From contig SHMW01000047.1 in the NCBI GenBank assembly GCA_008080735.1, positions 1 to 33,460 on the forward strand: DNA of 33,460 nt, given 5' to 3'. How positions within the stretch are numbered: position 1 is the first letter of the stretch; each line of letters starts with the position of its first letter. The notes beneath the pieces were generated by a model, which was not told the origin of the DNA, made no database searches, and saw only the letters and a list, made by a program, of their open reading frames with translations. Origin of the DNA: Promethearchaeota archaeon. Lineage in GTDB: Archaea; Asgardarchaeota; Lokiarchaeia; Sigyniarchaeales; SOKP01. A program made the position numbers and the translations under genes. This document shows, piece by piece, positions 1 to 9,486 of this stretch.

Positions 1-320
1 CGGCAAATATCGGGAGAAGGCAACATCCAGAATTATTTTCCTTCGAGGCAGTTGCTTACAATTTAAACTTGGTTTCCGATCCTCGCAAACGCCTAACCGA
101 TCAAGCAAGGCAAAAGGTTACCAAATTTCTCACCGCCCCCCCGATCAAATTCTCCCCTTCAAACGGGCACCCCACAAAAGAGGTAAAAAGGAAGGAAAGG
201 GTAAACAAAAGCAAGATCAGACCGCAGAAATACCAAATGAGTCCCAAAAGTTTTTTAGCAATGACTCAAACTGCCTATGTGTAGTAGTACTAAATAATAC
301 CGATTCACGCAAGTGTTGAG
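1..320 (+). mobile_element. Possible degraded 3' end of a transposase/IS at the window edge (tentative)
   Basis: Visibly more GC-rich than the rest of the window. Frames +2 (to TGA near 319) and +3 (to TAG at 284) are open from the edge. Frame +3 reads LFSFEAVAYNL, reminiscent of the C-terminal AYNL helix of DDE transposases. No terminal inverted repeat confirmed. Confidence 0.2.
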
Positions 321-444
321 GTCAAAAGAGATGTGCACTCTAAAAAATGCATACAGAGTGTTTATCCTATAAACGATAAAATAATAGAATAGCCTTACTT
401 TTTTTAACTTAGGAAAAAACTTATACCATATTTCGTGAAGATTT

Positions 445-1068
445 ATGGCTTCTGAAAAAGATCTTCGGTTTGAATGTGAAAGATGTGGAAAGTGTTGTTC
501 TGATGAAAAAACAATCGTCAATCTCACTTACAACGACATCTTAAGAATTAAAGAAGCCTTAGGTCTTAATCTTGATGAAATAAATCACATTTTAGCATTT
601 TATGTGTTTGAAGAAGAACCCACTGAGGAAGATAAAAAGAAGATGGTTATATCTCCTATTGAGACAGAACAAGGATTAGCTTTCGTAGGACTAAGAAAAA
701 GACCTGATGGTACATGTTATTTTTATGATCAAAAAAAGAAAAAATGTCTAATCTATAATGCAAGGCCTAATTTCTGTAGAACTTTTCCCTTCTCTTTTGA
801 GGTAGAGGATAATGAAAATGACCAAGAGAGAAAGGGATCACCAGTTAAGATGAAATATACTGAAAAGGGCAGACAGTATTGTCCTGGGATAAGAGAGGAT
901 AATCCACTAATAAACAAAAAAAAGTGGCTCGAATTAGGGAAAAAAACTATTGAGGATTTGAACAAAAATTATTTTATTTTTAAGGAATGGAACGAGAAAG
1001 TTAAAAATGGGGAAGTTGAAGCCTCTGCAAAAAATTTTCTTAAAATGATTTTAAAACTTAAAGAATAA
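445..1068 (+). CDS. YkgJ/CxxCxxCC family Fe-S/Zn cysteine-cluster protein
   Basis: FECERCGKCC at the N-terminus, C-x-F...C-x-IY-x-x-RP-x-x-CRTFPF, distal CPGI. Confidence 0.9.
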   Translation: MASEKDLRFECERCGKCCSDEKTIVNLTYNDILRIKEALGLNLDEINHILAFYVFEEEPTEEDKKKMVISPIETEQGLAFVGLRKRPDGTCYFYDQKKKKCLIYNARPNFCRTFPFSFEVEDNENDQERKGSPVKMKYTEKGRQYCPGIREDNPLINKKKWLELGKKTIEDLNKNYFIFKEWNEKVKNGEVEASAKNFLKMILKLKE

Positions 1069-1089
1069 TTTAGTCTTATTGTGAATTTC

Positions 1090-2193
1090 CTATTGTATAA
1101 AAGAATAATATTGAAAACTGGCAAGGAGCGCCCAATAGAGCATTCTTAATTCTATTAGCCAAGCAAGGTGATCTTCTTTCCATGAAAAATCTGTACCTTC
1201 CACTTCTTGGTCAAATATTTGGGTTGATTTTAACATCATATCTAATAATCGAGAGATAAGTTTTTTTTCATTGTTTTTCATATCTAAAAGATCTATAATT
1301 AGAAGAATTTTAGCACATTGGGTAATAGTGAGCTCTTGTGGATTAATCTGGTCTAATAGGTTTTTTGCCGAATCAATATATTTATTTTTAGCTTTTGAAT
1401 AATTATCTTCTTGTTCCAACAATTTAAAACAAGAAAATAAGTCGTAGAGATCTATAATTGGGTCATAGTCTTCCAATTCAGCAATATTTTGATTTATTAA
1501 GGTTTCAAATAAGTTTACATTTCTGTATTCGATTTTAGGGAATTTGGAATTGAAAATATGAACACTATTTATTAAATAATAGTTGAGGTGTAGTTTTTCC
1601 GATGAAAATTGATTTATTTCCCGTGTTAAAAATTTTCTCAGTTTTTCTATATCAATAATCTGAGAGCTTTCATAATTAAGCTCGGATATAATGGATAATC
1701 CAAAAAAACAACTTTTAAGTTCAGGAATCTGTGTTTTTTTTGAGACAAAAAGTCCATCGTGGACATATTTCTCCAAGATAGAGATTACTTTTTCAATATC
1801 TAAATGAATTGCTTCACCCATTATCTTATATATGGAAATATAATAGTACAAACTTTCTAACTCAATCTGATCAAGAAAGGGTTCAATAGAATATTTGAAA
1901 TTAGTCGTATCTATACTAAATTTATTGAAAATTCGGGGACTAATGGTGGGAAAATCCCCTAAAAAGTCTAGAAAGGTTCCTTCCGTTTTTTCTTTTCTCT
2001 CTTGGGTTTTTTTTTGCTCTTGTTGAGTTGAGTTGCTTTTAATTTCCTTAGATCTATCTAAAGAAGTACGAATATCACTTTTTAGGGTATTTAAATTCTC
2101 TCGTATCGCTTGTTCCAATGATTTGATTAGGTCTAATTCGTTCTCTTCGGATGATTCAGACTTATCATTTACATGCTCATCTTGTCCTTCCAT
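1090..2193 (-). CDS. Hypothetical alpha-helical protein; acidic/coiled N-terminus plus possible prenyltransferase-like alpha/alpha toroid repeats
   Basis: 373-aa ORF from GTG 2211; ATG 2193 (MEGQ) is the likelier start. Repeated helices LESLYYYISI, DGLF...PELKSCFFGLSII, ELRMLYWALLA. Confidence 0.6.
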   Translation of the reverse strand: MEGQDEHVNDKSESSEENELDLIKSLEQAIRENLNTLKSDIRTSLDRSKEIKSNSTQQEQKKTQERKEKTEGTFLDFLGDFPTISPRIFNKFSIDTTNFKYSIEPFLDQIELESLYYYISIYKIMGEAIHLDIEKVISILEKYVHDGLFVSKKTQIPELKSCFFGLSIISELNYESSQIIDIEKLRKFLTREINQFSSEKLHLNYYLINSVHIFNSKFPKIEYRNVNLFETLINQNIAELEDYDPIIDLYDLFSCFKLLEQEDNYSKAKNKYIDSAKNLLDQINPQELTITQCAKILLIIDLLDMKNNEKKLISRLLDMMLKSTQIFDQEVEGTDFSWKEDHLAWLIELRMLYWALLASFQYYSFIQ

Positions 2194-2482
2194 TTTAAAA
2201 ACATTCCACACTGTTATTTTGATTGTTATTGCTTTGATTATGATTTTTATATGATTTTCTTTCTTCTCTTCAATTCGAATAATCTTAAATTATCTGTCGT
2301 GCGCAAGGCATCATATCAATCTAGCTAGTTAATAAAAAGATATTATTAAAAGCTTTAATAATTTTTCTCAATTCAATTATAATAGAGCATAATAATGAAA
2401 TTATTATTAAATAAGAAAATATAAGATGATCAAAAATATTTTGAATGTATTAATATACTGAGTGTAGAGGTTTGAATTTACC

Positions 2483-3214
2483 ATGATAAAATGGAACAAA
2501 TTTGCCGAAGACTATGATAGAAAGAGAAGAACACCTTGGAATGAGTTGGTATCTTTCCTTTACTCAATTAAACGAGAAGATTATAAATTTAAAGGAACCA
2601 ATTTAGATTTAGGATGCGCAAATGGAAGACATTTTGAAGTATTTAGCAGCGAATATAACAGAATCATCGGAATTGATAATTCTATAGAGTTTTTAAAAAT
2701 TGCGAAAAAAAGACTATCTCAAAATCAAGAACATAACGGCAACTTGCACTATGTGGATTTAATTTTAGCGGATATGGCGAAATTGCCAGTTAGAAAGGAT
2801 ACTATCGACAATATTTTTTCAATCGCGGCACTCCATCATATTAAAAGTTCAAAAGAAAGGGAAACAACCTTTAATCTTCTTAATGCAATATTGAAGCCAG
2901 AAGGTTATTTGCTAATAACTGTATGGAGACGATGGCAAAAAAGGTTTCGCAAGCATTTTATAAAAGATTGGATTAAGCGTATTCTTCTGAGTTCTCATAA
3001 AAAAAACGAAATTGGAAAAGGATTACAAGAATTTGGTGATATTTTTGTTCCTTGGACAAACTCTTCGCAAAATATAACCATAAATCGTTTCTATCATCTT
3101 TACTCTTCACGTGAATTCCAAAAATTACTTGCGGATTTTGAAATTAAAAAATTTGAAAAAATGGGTGGTCCTGGAGGAAAAGATAATTTCTTTGTGCTAG
3201 CCAAAAAAGAGTGA
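2483..3214 (+). CDS. Class I SAM-dependent methyltransferase, Trm9/ALKBH8-like (tRNA U34 carboxymethyl methyltransferase family)
   Basis: LDLGCANGR motif I, IGIDNS, SIAALHHI, LKPEG.LLITVW, DIFVPW, RFYHL match the Trm9/ALKBH8 pattern (SIAVIHH, D.FVPW, RYYH). Confidence 0.8.
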   Translation: MIKWNKFAEDYDRKRRTPWNELVSFLYSIKREDYKFKGTNLDLGCANGRHFEVFSSEYNRIIGIDNSIEFLKIAKKRLSQNQEHNGNLHYVDLILADMAKLPVRKDTIDNIFSIAALHHIKSSKERETTFNLLNAILKPEGYLLITVWRRWQKRFRKHFIKDWIKRILLSSHKKNEIGKGLQEFGDIFVPWTNSSQNITINRFYHLYSSREFQKLLADFEIKKFEKMGGPGGKDNFFVLAKKE

Positions 3215-3227
3215 AAATGCCAACATA

Positions 3228-3719
3228 CTAGTGACATACTATCGATTTATAGCACTCCAACACATAGGGCTCAAAATTCTCATATAATTCATCTATAATC
3301 CCGGTATGAAATGAAAATAATCGTTCTGAAATATCACAATAAAATAAGCCATGAATTGCTTTTTCAGCGTAGTAATGTTTTCGAATCATCTTCCTTCTAT
3401 TTCCAAACCACCATGTATACTCATGACTATTTAACCAGTCATTTTTTTTCTCTGTCACAACCATATTGATTGCATTATAGACATCTATGGATTTTTGGAC
3501 CGCATCATAATGCATGAAATTTTCTCTTTTTTTTGATTCCCAACTGATTTCCATTTTAGCATTTGCTTTCCAATATTCATCATACTCGTTATTTGAGTGT
3601 AATATGATTAATCCTTCCTTTTCATCCCCATCAAATTGTATCTCTTTAAACCATACGGGCATCCGATTGATAGTGATATTTGCTTCCTCTTTTTTATAGA
3701 CGTAATAGGTATATTGCAT
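3228..3719 (-). CDS. Hypothetical protein (beta-rich, 163 aa)
   Basis: Intact ORF with normal composition, convergent with the methyltransferase (13-bp gap). No motif recognised. Confidence 0.7.
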   Translation of the reverse strand: MQYTYYVYKKEEANITINRMPVWFKEIQFDGDEKEGLIILHSNNEYDEYWKANAKMEISWESKKRENFMHYDAVQKSIDVYNAINMVVTEKKNDWLNSHEYTWWFGNRRKMIRKHYYAEKAIHGLFYCDISERLFSFHTGIIDELYENFEPYVLECYKSIVCH

Positions 3720-3931
3720 TTTCCTATAGGTACTTGAATTATAATCTCAGTGTTTTTAGGTTTATCATTAAAATATTTTGAAGCTATAAAAAATTTCACA
3801 TAAAACAGATCCAGACTTCTTTATTAAAAAGATGATTATATTAAAATTCAAATAATTGATTTCAACTAAATTCTTCGTTAAAAAGAATTGTATTGATTAT
3901 TAAAAACCCTAAAGAAAATAATGCAAAAACT

Positions 3932-4525
3932 CTATTCAAGTAGTTTTTTACCTTCTTCAATCCAGCTTCGAACTGAATCTTCAGAACATCCATCTATTAA
4001 AGTACCTATCTCATCTGGATTTTCCTTTACTAAATCATTTACCGAATTTATCCCGATCTCTTTAAATTTTTCTTCTGTTTTTGGTCCCAAACGATGCAAT
4101 TTGGTCAATGGAATTGCCTTTTCCTGAGGAGTCTTTTTTGGTTTTTCTTTGGATTTCTTCACTTCTTTAGGTTTTTTCTCTATTTTCTTTTTCTCTGGTT
4201 TCTTTTCGATTTTTTCTTCTATTTCTTCAGGTTGTTTCTCCTTCTTTCTCTCTTCCAAGGGGATGAAAGGTGTTCGTTTCTTCTCCTTTTTAACGAAGGG
4301 GGTACGCTTTTTTTCTTTTTTCTCTGGTACTTCTAATTGATTAAGGGTTTCTATATTGATTTCATGAGCAGATTGCCTACGATAATCAATTCGGATGCCT
4401 AGATCTTTTAATTGCTGAATTGTTTTATCGGATTTCTCGATCTCAGCTAAAGAAAACCCGTCTCCTGTTCTTAAATGGTGATCACGGGCGGGTGATTGAA
4501 CCACCGATATTATTTCTTTTTCCAT
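3932..4525 (-). CDS. rpl13e: Ribosomal protein L13e (eL13) with K/E-rich linker and C-terminal helix-hairpin-helix domain
   Basis: R.GDGFSLAEI...LGIRIDYRRQSAHEINIETL matches archaeal L13e (GRGFS..EL...LGI.VD.RR.S.H..NV). The C-terminal LTKLHRLGPKTEEKFKEIGINSVNDL is an HhH motif. Confidence 0.8.
   Translation of the reverse strand: MEKEIISVVQSPARDHHLRTGDGFSLAEIEKSDKTIQQLKDLGIRIDYRRQSAHEINIETLNQLEVPEKKEKKRTPFVKKEKKRTPFIPLEERKKEKQPEEIEEKIEKKPEKKKIEKKPKEVKKSKEKPKKTPQEKAIPLTKLHRLGPKTEEKFKEIGINSVNDLVKENPDEIGTLIDGCSEDSVRSWIEEGKKLLE
4262..4321 (-). repeat. Tandem 30-bp/10-aa repeat KKEKKRTPF(V/I) x2 inside the L13e linker
   Basis: Copies at 4292-4321 and 4262-4291 differ at 7 synonymous codons and have one V/I change. 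Confidence 0.9.
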
Positions 4526-4727
4526 TCTATTACCACGCTTATCAAAATTAATTAGGTATTTATAATAAAACTGAAAGATTTTTATTTTTTTCTATTTAAT
4601 ACACGCTATTGAATAAGACCTCTGTTTCTTGCCGATAGCCAAAAATAAATATCTGTCATTTGGAACAGATATGATCTCTTGAAGATTAAATAACAAGGAG
4701 AAGAACCAAAAAGGAATTTTTCAAATA

Positions 4728-5381
4728 TTAACGTTTAATAATTTCTAATTCCGCTAATTTATTAAGAACTTCATAGATTTCCATTTTCGTTTTATCAAAT
4801 TTACGGGAAATCTCTAAGGGAGAATTATTTCCATTGCATTTCAATGCGACAAGATATTCAAGATCATTTATAATCCCCATAGAGCGAATTGATTGCAAGA
4901 CGTTTTTTATGATAATGAGTTGCGGATATTCTTCTGCTATGGATCCTCCCATTGTAATTACCTCGATATCTGCGCTAAAAGTTTTAAATTTACTCTTATC
5001 ATCGGTTTTTCGAAAATGATCAATTTCAGCTTTATGCTTTTTCCAAAATTTATTGCCAATCTTGATTATTGCTTTTTTAATCTGCTCGATATTATCATCT
5101 GCATCTGAGATTGAACAAATTAAGATTCGTGAAGGTCTATGATATGATATGATTATTGTAGAACTTTCTGACTCAACTATACGGATTATATCATCAATAT
5201 TGTGTCCTTTAGCCATCGCTGAATGGATACTGTCGATGATTTGATTGATCTCGTTGAAGAAGTCGGGGAACACCTCTTTTTCTATTTGAGTCTTGGGAAA
5301 TTCTTTTAATGTAGTTTCTAGTAGTAAAATCCCACTATCCCCGTCAATTAGATAAACTTTATAGATCAATTTTACAAGCAA
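4728..5381 (-). CDS. Longin-like domain + C-terminal winged-helix protein
   Basis: N-terminal IYKVYLIDGDSGILLL...IIISY...ILICSISD...IGNKFWKKH...F..F..DIE fits longin topology. C-terminal ALKCNGNNSPLEISRKFDKTKMEIYEVLNKLAELEII fits a wHTH. TTG start uncertain. Confidence 0.7.
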   Translation of the reverse strand: MLVKLIYKVYLIDGDSGILLLETTLKEFPKTQIEKEVFPDFFNEINQIIDSIHSAMAKGHNIDDIIRIVESESSTIIISYHRPSRILICSISDADDNIEQIKKAIIKIGNKFWKKHKAEIDHFRKTDDKSKFKTFSADIEVITMGGSIAEEYPQLIIIKNVLQSIRSMGIINDLEYLVALKCNGNNSPLEISRKFDKTKMEIYEVLNKLAELEIIKR

Positions 5382-5502
5382 AAGATAAAAATTTTTATGT
5401 TAAAATAAAGAAAATCCATCCTTATATACTTCATACTCGAAGTGGGAATATATAAAAAGTCGAATTTTCATTGAAATACTAACTAAGAAATTTGGTTTAT
5501 TT

Positions 5503-6738
5503 ATGAAAAAAAATAACAAAGCAATGCACCTATTTGTTTTAATAATGTTTTTCTTGTTTTTTTCTCCAATTTTTAATAATTCATTTAGGTTAAATATTCA
5601 AAAAAAAATCTTCTTATCTGAAAATGATGTTTCGAATTATCAAATACTCAATGGAGTTAAATATGATGTTGCGATAAATTACACGGTTACTAGAACTAGC
5701 GTATCAAATCAAGAGTATTATTATAAAATACCGAGGTTAAATAATCGCACTCCATACTCTAATTTGACAAGTTATACTCCTCCATACCAAGAAAGTGAAC
5801 TTCTCTTTAATAAAATAACCGGCTCTAATGACGATCCTCACTATCTTGTGGATAGATTTAATAACACCTATGATTTGTTCAATGCCACCTTATCTAAAGG
5901 TGATTCCCTAACTTTTAGTCAAAATTATATAGTGAGATTGAATGAAATCTCCTTTCAGAATGTAGATTATGATGATATAGGTGAATACAACTATTCTGAC
6001 ATTATTTTTGATTTATATTGTAATCGTTCTGTACAATATTATAATACTTCAGATGAAGACCTAATATATGCATATGAAAATGAAATCGGAATATTAAAAT
6101 CAGATAATCCCATAGAAATTGCCAAAAAAATCTGTGATTGGATTGCTCAAAATATCCAATATGAAATACAAGTGCCCGAAAGAGGTGCAAGTTGGGCATA
6201 TAAAGAAAAAAAAGGAGATTGTTCGGAATATGCTGATCTCTTGATAACTTTACTCAGGATTGGAAATATTCCCGCGCGAAAAGTTACAGGTTTCGTTTTG
6301 AGTAATCAAATTCCTTTTAAACCAAATATTGGAGATGTTTATACTTTTTACTTTAATGATTCTGGAGATAATTTATTAGGTCACGCCTGGGTGGAATATT
6401 TTGTCCCGAATATTGGTTGGATTGCGTGTGATCCTACTTGGTATTCTGCGGGTGGTGATTATTTTAATAAAATCGATTACCAAAGATTAGGTTTTAATAT
6501 TGGTCAATGGTTTTATTATCCTCCCTCTGATAATGTTAGTGAATATATTAATCCTCCCATCGGATATCCAACAACTACAGATTATTCATATATTTTGAAA
6601 ATAACTGTCTTGGAAACATTTTATGCTCAAGATTATCTCCCATACATCATCCTTGGTATATCTTTGGCTGTTATTGCGATTGGAGTAGGGTATTATGTAA
6701 TTCGACGACGGAAAAAAACCCGAGAAATAGTGTATTAA
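5503..6738 (+). CDS. Secreted, membrane-anchored transglutaminase-like (Cys-His-Asp) protein
   Basis: N-terminal signal/TM; GDCSEYA, GHAWVE, WIACDPT triad motifs; many N-x-S/T sequons; C-terminal TM followed by RRRKK. Confidence 0.9.
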   Translation: MKKNNKAMHLFVLIMFFLFFSPIFNNSFRLNIQKKIFLSENDVSNYQILNGVKYDVAINYTVTRTSVSNQEYYYKIPRLNNRTPYSNLTSYTPPYQESELLFNKITGSNDDPHYLVDRFNNTYDLFNATLSKGDSLTFSQNYIVRLNEISFQNVDYDDIGEYNYSDIIFDLYCNRSVQYYNTSDEDLIYAYENEIGILKSDNPIEIAKKICDWIAQNIQYEIQVPERGASWAYKEKKGDCSEYADLLITLLRIGNIPARKVTGFVLSNQIPFKPNIGDVYTFYFNDSGDNLLGHAWVEYFVPNIGWIACDPTWYSAGGDYFNKIDYQRLGFNIGQWFYYPPSDNVSEYINPPIGYPTTTDYSYILKITVLETFYAQDYLPYIILGISLAVIAIGVGYYVIRRRKKTREIVY

Positions 6739-6756
6739 ATCAGAATTAAAGATATT

Positions 6757-8175
6757 TTAAATATAGGTATTTATCAGCTCGATCAAATTAGTTGATAAAT
6801 CGGGCAAATTTTTTTCTATTTTTTCTATTTCTATTTGATTTTCCAATAAGATTAAAAGATAGAGATGATATTTATCCACTTTGATTTTCTTAAATACTAA
6901 TTTTTTTGAATCGTCCGTGATGCCGCTCGTTATGATGAAATCTTCCTTTAATAGTTTGAATTCTTTAAAGGTTTTATATAAGGTTTGAAAGTGTGGAGCG
7001 GAAATCTCAAAAACTTTCCCTGACACGTCGTCTTTTGAATAGTTCGATAAAATAATACCACTCTCATTTAAAAGTAAGATAGCATCGGTTTTTGTCTTTT
7101 TCGCAAATCGTTTTAACTGCTGCTTAAATAATTTTCGATTTGGGCTGAGCTGGGAAAGACCGAATGAATAAGCTGAGATTAAGGACCAATGGGCGAAAAT
7201 TGAAGTCTTAAAAATTTTAACAAAAAACCTATCAGAAAGGCTTTTTATCTCTTTTTTCATATAATCCACATTTTTATCAATCTCGACTGAATCTTTTAAA
7301 TCGGGATCGTATTTATTTAAACAGATGACGATCGGAGGGAATTCATCAAGCTCCTTTAATGAGGTTATAATTCTGCTGAATAAGGCAAGTGAAGAGTCCA
7401 AACGCCCCGAATCCTGAATATCAACAAAGAAAAATAGGAGGTCGATATTATACAAATAAACTTTACTCTGCTCAAAATAGCGGTCTAAATATTTTTTTTG
7501 ACCACCTAAGTCCCAAATCATAATCTGGGATGACTCTTCTGAAAGGAGATGTTCTCGTGAACGATCTACTCCCTTAGTAGGGAGTGATTTGATGATCTCG
7601 GAATATTTTTTCTTCACACCCAATAGGAATGAGGTTTTACCAGCTTTATCAAGACCCGCAAATACCACTTTTATGGTGCGCTTTGAGGAGAAAGGATCTT
7701 TTAACTCATTTGTGAATTCAGTCAACTCATTCCTTAGAGACATAATTATTTCTTCATAACTCACTGGCTTCGGGGTTCTTTGAATCTCCGTGGCGGTCCG
7801 ATCTATAATCACCCGCAAATATTTCATATTTTCATAGAAAAATGTCCTATTATTCTCATTGACTAATACCGTAATGGTGGCAGCCTTCGCTTGTCCGCGC
7901 GCCTCGGGATCGGGAATCAAAAAGAAATAGGTAAGTCCATTAAGTTTCAGGTCCGGAAAAGGAATGACTCCAAAATAATTAATTCCATCTATTTCAAAAC
8001 TATCTTGATAAGTAGAGTCTCCCATCAGTAGGCTGATCGTCTTCATGGCAATGAGCATAGTTGACATTTGATCCATTGATTCGGGCCATATCACCACTGG
8101 TTCCGGACCACTCTCATCAAACACACTTAAAATAATGGATTTAATTATTTTATTATTCGAATTTTCCATTTTCAA
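6757..8175 (-). CDS. Multidomain small GTPase: uDENN/longin-like N-domain + Arf/Rag-like GTPase + roadblock-like C-domain
   Basis: N-terminal ILSVFDESGPEP. G1 GLDKAGKT, G2 PTKG, G3 WDLGGQ, G4 NKYD, G5 TSIF. C-terminal AILLLNESGIILS is a roadblock beta-hairpin. Confidence 0.85.
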   Translation of the reverse strand: MKMENSNNKIIKSIILSVFDESGPEPVVIWPESMDQMSTMLIAMKTISLLMGDSTYQDSFEIDGINYFGVIPFPDLKLNGLTYFFLIPDPEARGQAKAATITVLVNENNRTFFYENMKYLRVIIDRTATEIQRTPKPVSYEEIIMSLRNELTEFTNELKDPFSSKRTIKVVFAGLDKAGKTSFLLGVKKKYSEIIKSLPTKGVDRSREHLLSEESSQIMIWDLGGQKKYLDRYFEQSKVYLYNIDLLFFFVDIQDSGRLDSSLALFSRIITSLKELDEFPPIVICLNKYDPDLKDSVEIDKNVDYMKKEIKSLSDRFFVKIFKTSIFAHWSLISAYSFGLSQLSPNRKLFKQQLKRFAKKTKTDAILLLNESGIILSNYSKDDVSGKVFEISAPHFQTLYKTFKEFKLLKEDFIITSGITDDSKKLVFKKIKVDKYHLYLLILLENQIEIEKIEKNLPDLSTNLIELINTYI

Positions 8176-8371
8176 TTAGATTTAATAAATCGGAAGTTAT
8201 TCAAATTCTTTAAAATAATTTTGTTTTATAAATTCTCTTAAAAACGAAGAAATAATTTTCCTGAAAAGAATAAAAAACCCAAATCTCCATCAAAAATGAA
8301 GTCTAGAGCAAAAGACTTTACTTTTTTTAAAGAGTCCCATCTTTAATTATATCTCATAATTTTCTATATAT

Positions 8372-9157
8372 ATGTTCCAATTCAAATCCCGCGATGAAAT
8401 CGAACGGTTATTCCATGATATTTATGAGGTCTTGGTTCATATTGATCGTGAGTTGGACAAACCGTGGGTGAAGATCAAAAGTATCGAATTTTTTGATAAT
8501 TATAGCCCAGAGCAGATTGAGTCCATCATAATGAAATTTAATTTCCTAACTAAAGAGTCTTGGAACCATATTGAAATAGATAAAATTGAATTTATATTAG
8601 AATCATTGCAATTTTTACACTATGATATTGCCCAGTTGTCTAAAATATTAAACTATAGTGGTTTTGAAAAATTAATTAAGCAAATATTAGCCTTAAATGG
8701 ATATAGCGCACTGAATAATTTTCGCTTCTCAGATAAGTCAAGTTTCAAACAAAAAACTTCGCAAGGGCGTTATGAAGTGGATGTGGTGGGATTAAATAAT
8801 TCACATTTGCTTTTAATAGATGCAAAGCAATGGAATAAGCGAGACCCGTATTCAGCCATTAATAAAGCAGCTAATCTTCAATTAAGACGTGCTGAAGCGC
8901 TTAAGAGGAATCCTGACATCGTAGGAGATTTATTGAAACAATTAAGCGGGCGTTATTTCGAAATTAGAAAGTACCTCCCGCTAAAAGTCATCCCAATAAT
9001 GGTGACATTAGAAGAAAGTACTATCAAACTTAATAATAACCATATTCCAGTTGTTCCAATATATATATTAAATTCGTTCATACAAGAATTAAGTGATAAT
9101 CTTTATTATTTTAAGATTCTACGAATAGGTAAAATATCCCTCCAAACCCAACTATGA
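8372..9157 (+). CDS. PD-(D/E)XK restriction-endonuclease-like protein (Mrr/NERD-like)
   Basis: GFEKLIKQIL..NGY helix, EVDVVG, LLIDAKQW, VIPIMVT. Confidence 0.8.
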   Translation: MFQFKSRDEIERLFHDIYEVLVHIDRELDKPWVKIKSIEFFDNYSPEQIESIIMKFNFLTKESWNHIEIDKIEFILESLQFLHYDIAQLSKILNYSGFEKLIKQILALNGYSALNNFRFSDKSSFKQKTSQGRYEVDVVGLNNSHLLLIDAKQWNKRDPYSAINKAANLQLRRAEALKRNPDIVGDLLKQLSGRYFEIRKYLPLKVIPIMVTLEESTIKLNNNHIPVVPIYILNSFIQELSDNLYYFKILRIGKISLQTQL

Positions 9158-9486
9158 AATTCAAAGAAAAAATTGCGGAAAAATGGATGATGATATTTTT
9201 TTTTTTTCGAGGAAGATTTTGAATATAATTACAAGTTTTTGGCCTTTTTCTAAGAAATCGAACACTTTGGTCAATGTTTTGAAAATATCTCCAATTTCCT
9301 TATTCCCAATATGTACATTTAATTTTTGAGAAATAACGTCAAACATTATAATAAGTCTTATTACTATAGAAATATTTTTCTTTACTAAGTTCTAAATATA
9401 ATTGGCGATAAGTAGAACTTATTTGGTTGAATGAGAATAATTATATAATTTTTCATTAATTAAGATATGTGAGAAACAACGAAAAA

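Noticed and set aside
2342-2362. AT-only palindromes (also 32832-32850)
   Set aside because: Expected by chance in spacers this AT-rich.
4649-4672. ATATCTGT-N8-ACAGATAT hairpin as a SECIS or C/D box RNA
   Set aside because: No matching box or kink-turn arrangement; at most a terminator or operator.
8372-9157. Restriction-modification or defence island
   Set aside because: No DNA methyltransferase or other defence gene is adjacent; the methyltransferase at 2483 looks like a tRNA enzyme.
9161-9346. 61-aa ORF on the minus strand
   Set aside because: Crosses a long T homopolymer, has no motif and is probably intergenic/terminator sequence.
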